A DNA stretch of 64,000 nucleotides. Origin: Euprymna scolopes (taxonomy: Eukaryota). Positions 39,659 through 52,149 of the stretch are shown in pieces. The stretch is taken from assembly GCA_053919585.1 (NCBI GenBank), contig CM132794.1; one strand, 5' to 3'. The translations under genes and the position numbers were made by a program. The notes under the pieces are model-generated. The model worked only from the letters and a program-made list of their open reading frames with translations, had not been told where the DNA came from and did no database searches. How positions within the stretch are numbered: the first letter of the stretch is position 1; each line of letters starts with the position of its first letter.

Positions 39659-41752
39659 GAATGGTTAATTGTAGGCATAGACCAATTCATACCATCTAAA
39701 AAATTCCAACAAAAATCTAACAGCCAGCCATGGTTCTCCCCAGAATGTGCTGCTGCTATCGCGCACAGAAATCACCTTTTCCATAGCTACCAACGTAATA
39801 GACGCACTGAGATTAAAGCTGCTTTCAGGACTGCCAGCAATCACTGTAAAAGAGTAATAAAAAATGCAAGAGAACTATATGCCCAGTCTGTTAAATCCAA
39901 GGTAGCTGATCAGCGGCTTGGTTCCCACCAGTTTTGGCAAATAACAAATAGGATTATCAATGGACCAGAGGTCATCTCGTCAGCGTCAGACAAGGCCAAA
40001 CTATTTGCAAAGAACTTTGCAGCTAATTCTACCCTATGCGACGAAGGCCATCAACTCCCCATATTTCCTCCTATAACACAGAACAAGCTAGGTAACATAC
40101 AAATATCCGTGCATGAGGTCGCCAAGCTAATCAAGAACCTAGATTTCAGTAAAGCAACTGGCCCTGATGGCATCCCAATTATAGTGTTAAAAAACCTTCA
40201 ACCAGAACTTGCTCCCATACTTACATAACTATTTAAGCTGCCTTAAGGAGAAGTGCTTTCCGACTCCCTGGAAGACCTCATCAGTTTGCCCTGTATTTAA
40301 GAATTCAGGTGATAAGTCATCTCCCTCTCAGTACCGACCAATAAGTCTCCTGTGTGTTATGAGTAAGTTGCTGGAATCCATATTAAATAGAGAAATAGTC
40401 AACCACCTCAGCAGGAATAACCTTCCTAGTGACACACAATATGGTTTCCGCTCTGCAAGATCTACCGCAGATGTGCTGACGGTTATATCCCACAGGATTG
40501 GTGAATCTCTTGACAAAGGCTTCCTTTCTAGGGCAATTGCTCTTGACATATCAAATTCCTTCGACAAGGTATGGCATAAGGGTCTACTTCACAAGATTTC
40601 CAGTTACGGTATAACTGGAAATGTTTTCTCAATCATTAAATCATTTCTCTCTGATAGGCTCATAAGAGTAGTGGTAGATGGACAAAAATCGGAGGCCTGC
40701 AATATAAATGCTGGAGTCCCTCAGGGATCAATCTTGGGCCAAACTCTCTTCCTGATCTACATCAATGATCTCCCTAAACACATACTTAAATCATTCGTTG
40801 ACATCTATGCTGATGACACGACCATCTACGGAAACACATCAAAGGCTGTAAATGAAAAAGTTCTCTCTGATTCTCTCTCCTCTGATCTCGAGCGCGTGGT
40901 TCAATGGGGGAAGATGTGGCTGGTTACCTTTAATGCATCCAAAACCAAACTCCTATCCTTACATCATCAACGCTCTGATCCCCATCTGGCATCAATTGTG
41001 ATGGATGGCTCTCGTCTTGTTGCGGCCCCGTGTTTTGACAAGCTTCTGGGGTTGACCTTTACTCCTGATCTGAAATGGAACACGTACATCAAGTCTGTTG
41101 CCAAGGTCGCTGGAAAGATGGTGGGATCCTTCTACCGCTCCAGAAGATATCTCACTACTGATGTAATTCTCTATCTATATAAAAGCCAAGTACGTCCAAG
41201 GATGGAATAATTTTGCCATATCTGGGCAGGAGCTGCTAAAAACAGCCTATCCTGCCTTGACAGAGTACAAAATAGACTTCGTGGCTTAGTGGGGGATGCC
41301 CTTTTCTCTACCCTGCAACCTCTCTCCCACAGAAGAGACGTTGCGAGCCTATCCTTGTTTTACCGTTATTTCCATGGCAGGTGCTCGTCTGAACTCCAAT
41401 CTTTGGTCCCCCCTCGCCAATCTTTCACGAAAAACACCCGTCTAGCTGAATCCACTGTGAAAAATTTCCCCCACTCTATATCTGTGCCTAAATCAAACGC
41501 GGATTCTATGAACAAAGCTTCTTTCTTAGAACTGCACGCCTGCGGAATTCTGTTCCGTCTGCCTGCTTCCCACCGGACTACAACTTGGATGTCTTCAAGT
41601 CCAACGTAAACAAATTCCTAATGAACCGCCCCCTTAAGTAAACACTTCATCAAATCTCCACACTAACGTAATGTACTTGCAATAACCCTTATCCCTGAGT
41701 GGCTTCCGTGCCTTGATAAGTGGTGATCACTGTGCAAAAAAAAAAAAAAAAA
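39659..41752 (+). mobile_element. CR1-like LINE family B, 5'-truncated ORF2 (reverse transcriptase) with poly(A)
   Basis: PWFSPEC, KATGPDGIP, YRPISLL, QYGFRS.RST, GVPQGSILG, YADDT, WLVTFNASKT and LSHRRDVASL. Frameshift at about 40225, stop at 41208-41210, poly(A) at 41736-41752. Confidence 0.97.
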
Positions 41753-42082
41753 ATAAATGCAAGCCTGAGCAGGTGAAAAGAACAAGGTTTTCCCAGTTCG
41801 CTATCGACGAAAAATAAGCTAATACGATCGGAGCCAGCACAACTTCAGCAGTTGCCAGAAAGGGTGGCTATCGCAACTTCACACCAGATTTATTGTCACG
41901 GTTTAGTCACTTAGCCATTGCCTTTCCCAAGACATCCACAAGGTAGTAGTACNNNNNNNNNNNNNNNNNNNNNNNNNNNNNNNNNNNNNNNNNNNNNNNN
42001 NNNNNNNNNNNNNNNNNNNNNNNNNNNNNNNNNNNNNNNNNNNNNNNNNNNNNNNNNNNNNNNNNNNNNNNNNNNNNNNNNN

Positions 42083-42460
42083 GTCTGTGTGTGTACGTTT
42101 CCCTACAAAATTACTCTGTCAATTTGAAGTCTACAGACTCGAAATTTGGTATACAGGCTACTGAGATTTGTGAAAATTTTGTGATCCGTTTTCTGCCAGA
42201 AATTTGTCTGTTAAGGGCTTAAAGTTACAACGATTCGACTTTTGAGAACTCAACTAAATTCCTCCGACAATTTTGGGTTTAAACACTTGAAATTTTAGAT
42301 ATAGATTCCTTGGACATGGATTAAACTTAATAACTTTATTTGAGCCCCAAACAAAAAAATGTTAAAGGATCATAATAGCGGTCAAAGTTAAAAAATTACC
42401 GCTTTCTTTTTGCTCAACATACACCTCCAAACACCCGGGCAACGCCGGGCTGAAATGCTA

Positions 42461-42461
<1 letters not shown>
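42083..42461 (+). mobile_element. Non-autonomous Helitron-like element
   Basis: 3' hairpin cccgggcaacgccggg followed by CTAG|T; the 5' end falls in a gap. Confidence 0.8.
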
Positions 42462-42535
<74 letters not shown>

Positions 42536-42536
<1 letters not shown>

Positions 42537-43511
42537 AAAAATGCGGTCAATTTTTATTAAACTTTGACCCTTGTTTTAAAACAGTATCAGATCATAACAA
42601 ACCACAATCATAATTGTACAGAATAGTTAACACTGGATAATTATATACAAAATAACACGTAATTCATATTATATACAGTAGAATGATGTTCTTTAACTTA
42701 CTAGCCAAAATTAACGTTTATACAACCCTATGCTACACCTTTCCTTCTTTAAAATCCATCTCTTTGTCACTCGACTTTTAACGACACTCAATGACCGGTA
42801 GCCAAGTTCTTACTGCGGTTCCTTAACATTTATTGTTTGAGGCTCAAACCAAGTTAATAAGTATGATCCATGTCCAAGGAACCTCTATCTAAAATTTCAA
42901 GTGTTTAGACCCAAAATTGGCGGAGAAGTTTGGTAGAGTTCCCAAAGGTCAAATCGTTGCATTTGACCCCGTAACAGCCGAATTTCTGGCAGAAAATGGA
43001 TTAAAAAGATTTTACCAAATCTCAGTACCCTGTAAATCAAATTTCGAGTCTGTAGACTAAAAATTGACAGAGTTATTCCGTAGGTAAATGTACACACAGA
43101 CACACAGACATACACACACACACACGTTCACTTTTATAGATATACTAGCATTTTGGCCCGGCGTTGCTCGGGTGTATGGAAGTGTATGCTGAGCAAAAAA
43201 AAAAAAAAGGTCATTTTTTTTTTAGCTTTGAACCCTATTATGACCCCTTAACATTTATTGTTTTGGGCTCAAAGGAACCTATATCTAAAATTTAAAGTGT
43301 CTAGACCCAAAATGTTCGGAAGAGTTTGAAAGAGTTCTCAAAGGTCAAATGATTGAACTTTGACCCCTTAACAGCCAAATTTCTGGCCGAAAACCGATCA
43401 CATCGATTTTCCCAATATCAAATTTCGAATCTGTAGACTAAAAATTGACAGAGTTATTTCGTAGGGAAATGTACACAGACAGACAGACAGACACACAGAC
43501 AGACACGTCCA

Positions 43512-43513
<2 letters not shown>
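42536..43513 (-). mobile_element. Two tandem Helitron-like copies (42536-43143; 43145-43513)
   Basis: Reverse complement of 42083-42461; A|CTAG plus hairpin at 43145-43173; (CAGA)n/(CA)n near the 5' ends. Confidence 0.8.
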
Positions 43514-43557
<44 letters not shown>

Positions 43558-43774
43558 TTGTTGCTGTTGTTGTTTTTATCAAAACAAAGGAACGCGTTTT
43601 CACTCAGTCGGCGATACAAAATGTTAATTAGTTGCAAATATTAATATGCTGCAAAGAAGGTAGGTTCGAACTAAAATACTACTCACACCTGGGAGTATCC
43701 TGTATCTCTACACGGCCATACACTGTTCCTGTTTTATAATTATGTTAATTGAATGTGTTTGATGAACTCGTTGC

Positions 43775-44075
43775 ACCGTTCCTCGTTCGACGTACATATC
43801 CCTGACAAACCCGCTTAGCAGTAAGATCTCACTCCTTCACTGTTGGGGCCTCTAAAGTCCAGAAAGCTCTCTATTCTAATAGTTTCTTCCCTCGAACAGC
43901 TAGACTTTGGAATTCCGTTCCTGTTTTCTGCTTCCCTGACTGTACTGATATGCAGAATTTTAAATGTAACATAAACAAATATCTTGTTAATCCTTCCTAG
44001 ATATGACCCCTAATAGTAGCCACTTATGTCCAAGTTGTGATATGCTTTGTAAGGAGTGAATATGAGTAGAAAAAT
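43775..44075 (+). mobile_element. CR1-like family A 3' fragment
   Basis: tagtttcttccctcgaacagctagactttggaattcc (SFFPRTARLWNS), then a 3' UTR matching the reverse complement of 57563-57710. Confidence 0.88.
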
Positions 44076-45019
44076 ACTGACAACCAATAGAATACGATCG
44101 ATAACCCTTGGTTTGTATTTCTTCATCTTTTCTCATTGTTGTTTTTTAATGGAGATAGTTCATATAAATTCGAAGATTTATACAACTTCCATTGCATATG
44201 TAAATAAAATTCAACAATTGAGTTCATCTCATGGCAAAATATTTTTACTGAAACTTACTAGAAAAAATGCGTCAAAAATTTACAAAAAGAACCGTAGAAC
44301 GCAGTTCTACAAATTCCAATTGAATAAGTATTTATAAAACATTACAGTAAAAAGTTATATTTTTTCATAAGTTTACTAGAATGTTCACATATACTTCTTA
44401 TAATCTATTTTATTTGAAAGTTTCCCAAAATAATTTTATGATAAGGAAACGTGGTTTTGGCACTGCAAGTAAATACTTTTGTAGAATTCCAAAATAGGTA
44501 AACATTCGGATATCTCAGATCGAACAACTGTCATTCGTTTGAAGCGGACTTTCTATGAATATTTTTTTATTGTTTTTTCTTTTGTAAATTGTTTGTGAAT
44601 ATTTATTTTTGTCAAATTGCTTTTTGAAAAAATTTCTCTTTTAAAAAAATATTTGAAACTTTTATTTTATGGGAACTTTTTTAATTTAATTTCTTTTCTT
44701 TTTTTAGAATTCTATTTGGAGAATTGTACGAAAATCTTCTCTGACTACCTTCAAATAATTTTCCTTGTTTTTATTTTTAGTATCGGACTTAAATGATCAT
44801 ATTGGTATTCATGTCTATTAATCAANNNNNNNNNNNNNNNNNNNNNNNNNNNNNNNNNNNNNNNNNNNNNNNNNNNNNNNNNNNNNNNNNNNNNNNNNNN
44901 NNNNNNNNNNNNNNNNNNNNNNNNNNNNNNNNNNNNNNNNNNNNNNNNNNNNNNNNNNCGATTTACAACTTTTATTATATGGATCATTCAGACAATTATT
45001 TTCACAAAGTGTCTGGCAA

Positions 45020-45330
45020 TGTAATTGATCGTACTCCGCAATCATTCTATCGAACTCGAGAATCATTCTATCGAACTCCGGACTTAGTCCACGTAACATA
45101 CTCTCGTCCTATATGGCATGACTAGGTCAAATGTCCTAAATTATCAGCAATTATATGTATGAGTGTCATTCACATAAAAAGTTTAACATTCAACCTCCAG
45201 AGGAGTGTACTTTACAACTGAACTTTACCAAGTACTTTATCCAATATGTCCTTGACTTAGTAGTGACGTAGAGTTTTACAAAAGGTTCCCAAGTTTGACA
45301 GAATAATCCCTGAGTTCGACGAGTTACACC
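45020..45330. repeat. MITE-like remnant with 21-bp subterminal tandem motifs
   Basis: aatcattctatcgaactc occurs twice (45040, 45061); inverted counterparts (aagtttgacagaataat, gagttcgac) lie at about 45291-45320. Confidence 0.5.
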
Positions 45331-45915
45331 AGAAGAAGGCTACATCGATCCAAACTATTGTGCGAATAATAAATAATCCAAATACTATATTTATCATTTA
45401 AACATTAGTACAACAAGTAAGCTACACAACAACGCTTGTGTTTCGTTCCATAAATTAAGTTTTACAATGGCCTGCTGACTTAACCCAGTAAACCGCACGT
45501 CTTGTCGTGTATCATCACTAACAAGAATGTAAATATATAAAACGATGGATTTTTTTTACCCAAATTATTATTTTCGTTTTATGTAGTCAAACACAAAAAA
45601 CTGTATTATTTTCGCTTACGTGCACTCTCTCTCTCTTTCTCTCTCTCTGTGGTTCTGCCCCAGCAACAATCTGCTAGAGAAGGTGTTAATACTGCTAACT
45701 ATATACATATTACCAATCGCCTTAGACAAACATACATATGGCATGTCGGTACTCTACATTTTAACTGTCTTGTTTTTATGGACATTTTGTCAACATAATT
45801 GATTGATTATAAGTATACTGCTAATATCTTTTCAGATATTGGGCATTCTCAAATAAATAGACAAAAAAGTTAATTAAATATAATCATATAGTATGCTTGT
45901 ATGCAAAAATCAGTA

Positions 45916-45950
<35 letters not shown>

Positions 45951-46709
45951 CTAGCAAAAGTACCCGTCGTTTACTGGGTTCAAAAATAGCCTACAGAAAA
46001 TGGACCCTGATTTATGAAAGCATGATAGGTTATGAAAAGGAAGGCTTGTAAAGAGATAGCTTCGAATTTGGGAGTATCAAAACCAAAGCAAAATATGATG
46101 AAAGTAATAATATAATAGATAAACACTATAATTTATTATACCATACCTGTCCACACTGAAACACATATCACAATATTCTGTGCATCTATATTAAAAAAAA
46201 ACTTTGTTAAACTTTGTGACATATTTCCATTCTATGGGGGTCAGGCGCGAACGAACACCCCATAATTTTATTATACCATAGTTTTTCAAACTGAAACATA
46301 ATTATCCAAGTATACTTACGCAGATAGATATGAAAAGTCTTTATTAAAGTGTGTGCCTATTTCCATTGTATGGAGGCCAGGCGCGAATGCAGACCCCACT
46401 ATTTTATTATACCATCCTTATTTAAGTTAAAACATACTTATCAAAGTATTATTATGTACATCTATATCAAAAACACTTGTAGACGTTTTTTTTTTTTTAA
46501 TTTTTAAATTTTTATTTCCATACTTTGTGGACCCGGCGCGTACGAACCCCACAATTTTAATGAATTATCATTATGCCAGATCAAACATACCAATTCCTGT
46601 GTCTCGATACATCTATCATTATATGTGATCAGTTTTCTATAAAGGTCAACCATATAGGAGCCTATTCGTGACCAGGCACACACACAGGCGTTCAGCTTTA
46701 TATTATAGA
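45951..46709 (-). mobile_element. Non-autonomous Helitron-like element with ~135-bp internal tandem repeat
   Basis: 5' A|TCTATAATATAAAGCTG and 3' CTAG|T; ttattataccat at about 46133, 46268 and 46404. Confidence 0.78.
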
Positions 46710-46725
46710 TATGCAGATATATAAT

Positions 46726-47384
46726 CTTTACCTATACATAACATTATTTTGACTGCGTATGTGTCTGTGTGTATGTTCCCTAAAGACTCTGAAACGGTTG
46801 CATCAGTCTTTTTAAATTTTACACAATGTTGCTATGTGGCTGGCAGTTTCCTTACGTTTAGGAATACATAATCGAAAAAAAAAATCAGATTAAAGAGGAA
46901 TCAGTCCGATTTTGTTCAAAGTACACACCTTTATACAACCTAACATCATAAGTAAATTTGAGAAGTTTTATCATCGCATAAGCAAAAGGGTTCGGTGCAT
47001 AAATTTACAATAACTTTATTTGATGTGACAGGAGCATGTATGAAACGAATCCTTAAGTTCAGAGCACGATTGAACCATGATCGTTTATTTTTGCATTTTA
47101 TTTTTAATTAAAGATTTTATATTAATATAATTTCATAAAAATAACAGCTGGTCCTCTATAGTTAAATCTACACTGCAATGTACTGTGAACTAAGTCAGGG
47201 CAAGAAGGGGTGTTAAGCTCCCTCTCGATGCACGGCCGTGTATCCCCGAATAGAGCAGACAATCAATCGATGTGATTGGAAAATTGGCGATTTCATCGAT
47301 TTCGATGACAATAAATGTATTGGAAATGTAGGACATTCGTTGATCGTTGATTCGATACCTGACAACGTTAAGTCTCACTGCTAG
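46726..47384 (+). mobile_element. Non-autonomous Helitron-like element
   Basis: 5' region with (GT)/gtct repeats and gaaacgg; 3' decayed hairpin then tgCTAG|T. Confidence 0.6.
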
Positions 47385-47794
47385 TATGTATATAATGCTT
47401 ACAAATAAACAATATAAGAGTACATTCCAGTGACTAAGATTTATTCATTAGTCATTGATTACATTTTAAAGCTTCAGTAAAATTTTACGAGGTGTTTCTA
47501 ATCCAGAAGAACCTCTAACACATTCACGTCAAGCATGGCGTAGATAAAATGATCAATAAAATTAAAAAAAAATATACTGTTTCCTGAAATATAGCTCGGT
47601 GATGTTAATTTACCACGTTCAGATTTTATATGCAAAAAACCATCGAGATTTTACTTTGAAGAGTTCGAGGTATAATACAAATTGAAAGAATATTAAAAAA
47701 ACGTTTCCCGACATGCGATGCTCTTTGTGTTAACAAATTGAGCTTAGGTACTTCGGACGATGTCAAAACATCGTTAATTCACGACTCGCACAGC

Positions 47795-47915
47795 AGCCGC
47801 CGATTACCGTAATGGTTAGGAGCGTTGGCTGTCATACAGTCGGTCAGGTTTCAATCCTGGCTTGAGGTAGTTGCCTGTCTAGCCGCACTTATGAGCTGTA
47901 AAACAGCGAAACACT
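47795..47915 (+). mobile_element. tRNA-derived SINE head
   Basis: A-box-like taccgtaatgg and B-box-like ggtttcaatcc at tRNA-like spacing; no full cloverleaf. A similar head lies at about 56448-56515. Confidence 0.6.
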
Positions 47916-48090
47916 AATGTATATGGATGACTATATGATATATATATATATATATGTATGTATATATATATATATATTTATTTGTTTGTTCATAGATACC
48001 TATGAATCTATCAATGTGTTAATATTTACATTCTACTTATTTTCTCTTTTTCACTTTAATTTCACTCTCTTTACACACACCCACATACAT

Positions 48091-48151
<61 letters not shown>

Positions 48152-48723
48152 GAAGTGAAATTTAGTGAACCATCGATAAGTTGGAAGACGAGCAATTCTT
48201 TGCTATTGATTACCGATATAAATCACTCGGAGGATTTACTATCTGATACTATTGATCGCAATATCTACTTCGAAATAATCAAAAGGGATTAGCCGTTAAT
48301 CCTTCCTTTTACGTTTTGCAGTTAATCTATCACTGCATTTTTGACTTAACCCATCAAATGCCCCTGGCCTCGTCAATTTTTGGTTTATCTTTTTTAATTC
48401 TCTGGCCCGACAAATCGATCGCGTAAGATGGTACAAATTCTCGACCCGCGACACGTTCTTTCACGCTCCTTTGCTTAAATTGACACAAGTTGTCTTTAAT
48501 CGTGTGGAAAACGCGCATCTTTAGTTCGATTATCTGTGAAAAAATATATCTTATTGTAATTCTGTGTATTTAGTCGTCTATACAAAAAAGTATCATATGT
48601 CAAATGAGAAAAAATTAATAGAAATGTATGTTGACTTTTTAAAATACGTATATATATACATATATATACATATATATATACATATATATACATATATATA
48701 TATATGTATATGTATATATATAT

Positions 48724-48952
48724 GTAGTTATAAAATGTATATGGCGATTAAGCTACACTGAATATTCAGCGTTTCATCCACTCCAGGATCCTTCAGGCTT
48801 ATATATTCAATGTAGCTTAATCGCCATATACATTTTATAACTTACTAACTAGCTCTACCTAAGCATTGAGCACTTTTGAAGTAAATACTTAAAGTTTACG
48901 CATAAATCTATACTTTCGTATATTAATTTTATGTGAGTAAATGAAGTAGTTA
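48724..48952. mobile_element. Family-A Penelope pseudo-LTRs in inverted arrangement, with a minus-strand hammerhead
   Basis: Minus 48748-48801: taagc-CTGAAGG-atcc tggagt ggat-GAAAC-gctgaatattcagt-GTA-gcttaa (A9 changed to G). The plus arm 48804-48952 restarts inside stem III. Confidence 0.82.
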
Positions 48953-48956
48953 TATA

Positions 48957-49008
<52 letters not shown>

Positions 49009-49060
49009 CCTTGGAAGAAAATGATAATTACTGCTATGTGTTGGTGCCTTCCTTCAAAGC

Positions 49061-49127
<67 letters not shown>

Positions 49128-49129
<2 letters not shown>

Positions 49130-49236
49130 AAGACGACAGAATCATTCCTTTTCCGATCTTTCTGGATATCTTTTTTATTTGCCGAGCGGTCTTTTTAATT
49201 TCGGCATCCCTGGAAAAGATATCCAGAAAGATCGAA
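49128..49236 (-). mobile_element. Penelope ORF N-terminal fragment with a short inverted duplication
   Basis: Reverse complement of 1-76; aaaagatatccagaaagatcg at about 49214-49234 inverts 49154-49174. Confidence 0.7.
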
Positions 49237-50456
49237 AAAAAAACAATAACCTCGNNNNNNNNNNNNNNNNNNNNNNNNNNNNNNNNNNNNNNNNNNNNNN
49301 NNNNNNNNNNNNNNNNNNNNNNNNNNNNNNNNNNNNNNNNNNNNNNNNNNNNNNNNNNNNNNNNNNNNNNNNNNNNNNNNNNNNNNNNNNNAATGGGAAT
49401 CCGGCTTTCCTGCTTTCTTGCTTTGCCCCCTTTTTTATGTCAGTGCCCAATGAATGATGTCAGAAAAGGCATCGTGCATATTGAATGACATCACAAAAGA
49501 GGATACAGTAAACAGTCATTTATCGAAGTAGAAGATGGGGATTGGTGTACTAGACAAAATGAGAGACAAATATTCGGGATAGGAGCGAGATATTGGAGAA
49601 ATGAGACTACAAAACGAGAAGGAGTGAAAAGATGGAAAATAAAGAGAGATGGATGAATTCATGGTTCCATACTTAACGTTGAACTCCTTTACATGCGAAT
49701 AAAACGAAACCGTTGTTTTCTTTCTTTTTCCTTATCCAAAGCAGGGCACAACACCAATGAAACAACAGAATCTACTATAAATCAGGGTCATCATGATGGG
49801 GTGTTGTAAGCTAAATTTTTATTCAAATTACATGTAAAATTCTGCATGTAGATAGTCAGAGAAACAATTAACAGAAAGCTTAGTCCATAGTTTTGATCCT
49901 GTTGTCAAATATTTCCCGCGTCAAGAAGCAGACTCGTTCTCCTATAGTCGAACGTTTCCTTGTAATGATAGGGGAGGCACAATGCAGTACTTCCAGCGAT
50001 ACTCGATTAATATTTCTATTATGAAAATGCTGGAGTAGTAAGCATAAGGATCCGTCGTCCATTGTTCTTTTTTTATCATTTTGTTTTAGCAGGAGACATG
50101 CAATCGCTCTCTCATATATTTTGCCCAGGGATCATTTTAAGGTTCTAACCACCCTTTTATACGTAATCGTTTGCATCAACAGAAACTGTCGCTACAACAG
50201 TCGGAATCTGAAAGTGATGCAGTGAACAACAACACAAATCGGCGACGTTGGTGTGCAAACTACGAGTCAAGTTTGTTTCATGGAAACACTTTCACATAGA
50301 GATGCTTGCAATTTTCACGTAGTCCCTCCCGGAAGTAGCTTATGAGTCGCGTTATAAATGCAATATCTCGGATCATGACTTACATTTCGTTACTACATAA
50401 ATTTTAATTCGTATTTGTAGTCCTGTTTGTGTTGAAGCAAAAGAAGTTACTCTAAC

Positions 50457-50917
50457 CCTAACCCTAAACCTCTGGCACGCTTTGGAATTAAGGAATAATA
50501 TATGTACCAATCGGTACGGACCCGACTATGGAAGATCAGATAATAAATAAATGTGGATTTATAAGATCAAAGAATCCAACCTTGATCGCCCTTCGGGGCC
50601 CGTGGCGCAGTTGATAGAGGCGTTGAATCTCTACAGTTCCAGATGAACATTTTCTGAAGATAGCGGTTTCAATCCCACCCAAAGCGTGCCAGAGGTTTAC
50701 TTGGCCAAAAATGTGGTGAGACGACAACAACTACGGACGGCAGTTATGGCTGAGAATGCAGTTAGGAGATTCGAAGTTCCTATCCGTCGCGGTTACCACC
50801 TGACGAAGGCCAGAGGAATAGTTGGCCGAAACGTTGCGAATGAACAAACCAATAAAAGATGAAAAACAACAACTAATAAAGATGAGAATAATAGTCCGAA
50901 ATAAAAATAAATTAATA
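50457..50917 (+). mobile_element. TSD-flanked composite SINE-like element: (CCCTAA) repeats, tRNA-like head, hammerhead tail
   Basis: 19-bp direct repeat caaaagaagttactctaac at 50438-50456 and 50918-50936; A-box-like 50603-50614; B-box-like 50665-50675; 21-bp perfect inverted repeat 50465-50485 / 50679-50699. Confidence 0.8.
50797..50838 (+). ncRNA. Minimal hammerhead motif (family D)
   Basis: cac-CTGACGA-a-ggcca gaggaatagt tggcc-GAAAC-GTT-gcg: 5-bp stem II, loopless palindromic AACGTT stem III, one mismatch in stem I. Confidence 0.72.
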
Positions 50918-51041
50918 CAAAAGAAGTTACTCTAACAAATAAACAAACGTTTGTTTTCAAATTACAATCAGTAAGATGGGTGTCTTTATCATTTTTGTTA
51001 TCTAATGCCTAACATTCAATATCTATTCGAACGATTCATTA

Positions 51042-51500
51042 CAGGTTGAGGCCAAAAGAGAAAATGGGTACGACTTTTTGCAGTTTATTTCAAACTCAAC
51101 CTGTAAATTGACAACTTTTATAAGTTTGGGATCTGCTGAAAACGAATATCACATTTAGAACTGGCGCCCCAAATATTTTTCCTGATATTAAGACATTAGT
51201 TTTACATATGTAATGATCATCAGTGGTAGCAGTATTCTTTTTTTTAAACTTAAGACTATAACATACATAAACCGCATGCGAGTAAAGTTTTTTTTTCTCT
51301 CTTAAAGATTAGTAAAACAACAATGGCGATGAATGAAAATCATTAAGTAATACCTTGAGAAAAACGAAATGTTAATATCAGGAAAAGTGTTTTTTAGCAC
51401 CAGTTTTAAATGTAACATTGTTTTTCAGCAGACCCGAAATCATAACAGTCGTCAATTTTAAGGTGATTCTGCAGTTAAGAATAAATTGAAAATTGATCGA
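51042..51500. mobile_element. MITE with long imperfect inverted repeats
   Basis: TA|CAGG start; about 51105-51200 inverts 51367-51460 (aaattgac.act.ttat...tctgctgaaaa...acattt.aaactgg.gc). Confidence 0.75.
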
Positions 51501-52112
51501 AAAATGTAATTTCCTTTTGTTTATGCAAGTGTTCATCAATTGTACTTTAATTTGTTATCTATATGTCCATCATAAAACTTTACGATCTGAAGTGATTCGA
51601 AAAGCAGACCTCTTCAGAGCAATCTAATTGAACAGTGTTACTCCATTTGCTGTGCTCTGTAAGTAAGAGCGGTTAAGCAGTAAGGACAATGAAGCAATCT
51701 TGCATAAAAGATATTATGACTTAGAAAAAATGCATCATATCAGTGACGATATAATCTTTAATTCTTTAATTTCTGTACACCTTCCTTCTGTGCAAATTAT
51801 ACGTGATGATTGTTTGATCCTGATCTTAGATTTAATCACAAATGGCTTCATATGAATGTAAACACAGTTCGAATTAAGGTTTGGATTCAGTTAAAGTTTC
51901 TGGATAAGATGAATCCCTAATCACACAGTGCTCATGTCAAATCCAATCGACGTGAAAACATGAAAACGATTAACAAGTCAAAGGGATCAGGAAAAGGAAA
52001 CGAAATATTAATATATTCATGAGGTTTAATGTAATGCAAATACAAAAAGAGGACTCATACAGGCACACAAAGATACACACACACAAACGTACACACATAC
52101 ACACACACGCAC

Positions 52113-52149
<37 letters not shown>

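Noticed and set aside
45030-45080. CRISPR-like direct repeats
   Set aside because: Adjacent 21-bp units with no unique spacers, in a eukaryotic context with no cas genes.
47795-47870. Functional tRNA gene (also considered at 50595 and 56448)
   Set aside because: Only A/B-box similarity; acceptor and anticodon stems do not form.
50452-50467. Interstitial telomere or chromosome fusion site
   Set aside because: Only about 2.5 CCCTAA units, lying at the edge of a TSD-flanked insertion.
51575-51620. Minus-strand CTGAAGA followed by a 6-bp stem (ggtctg/cagatc)
   Set aside because: Followed by GTAAA instead of GAAA, with no stem I or III pairing.
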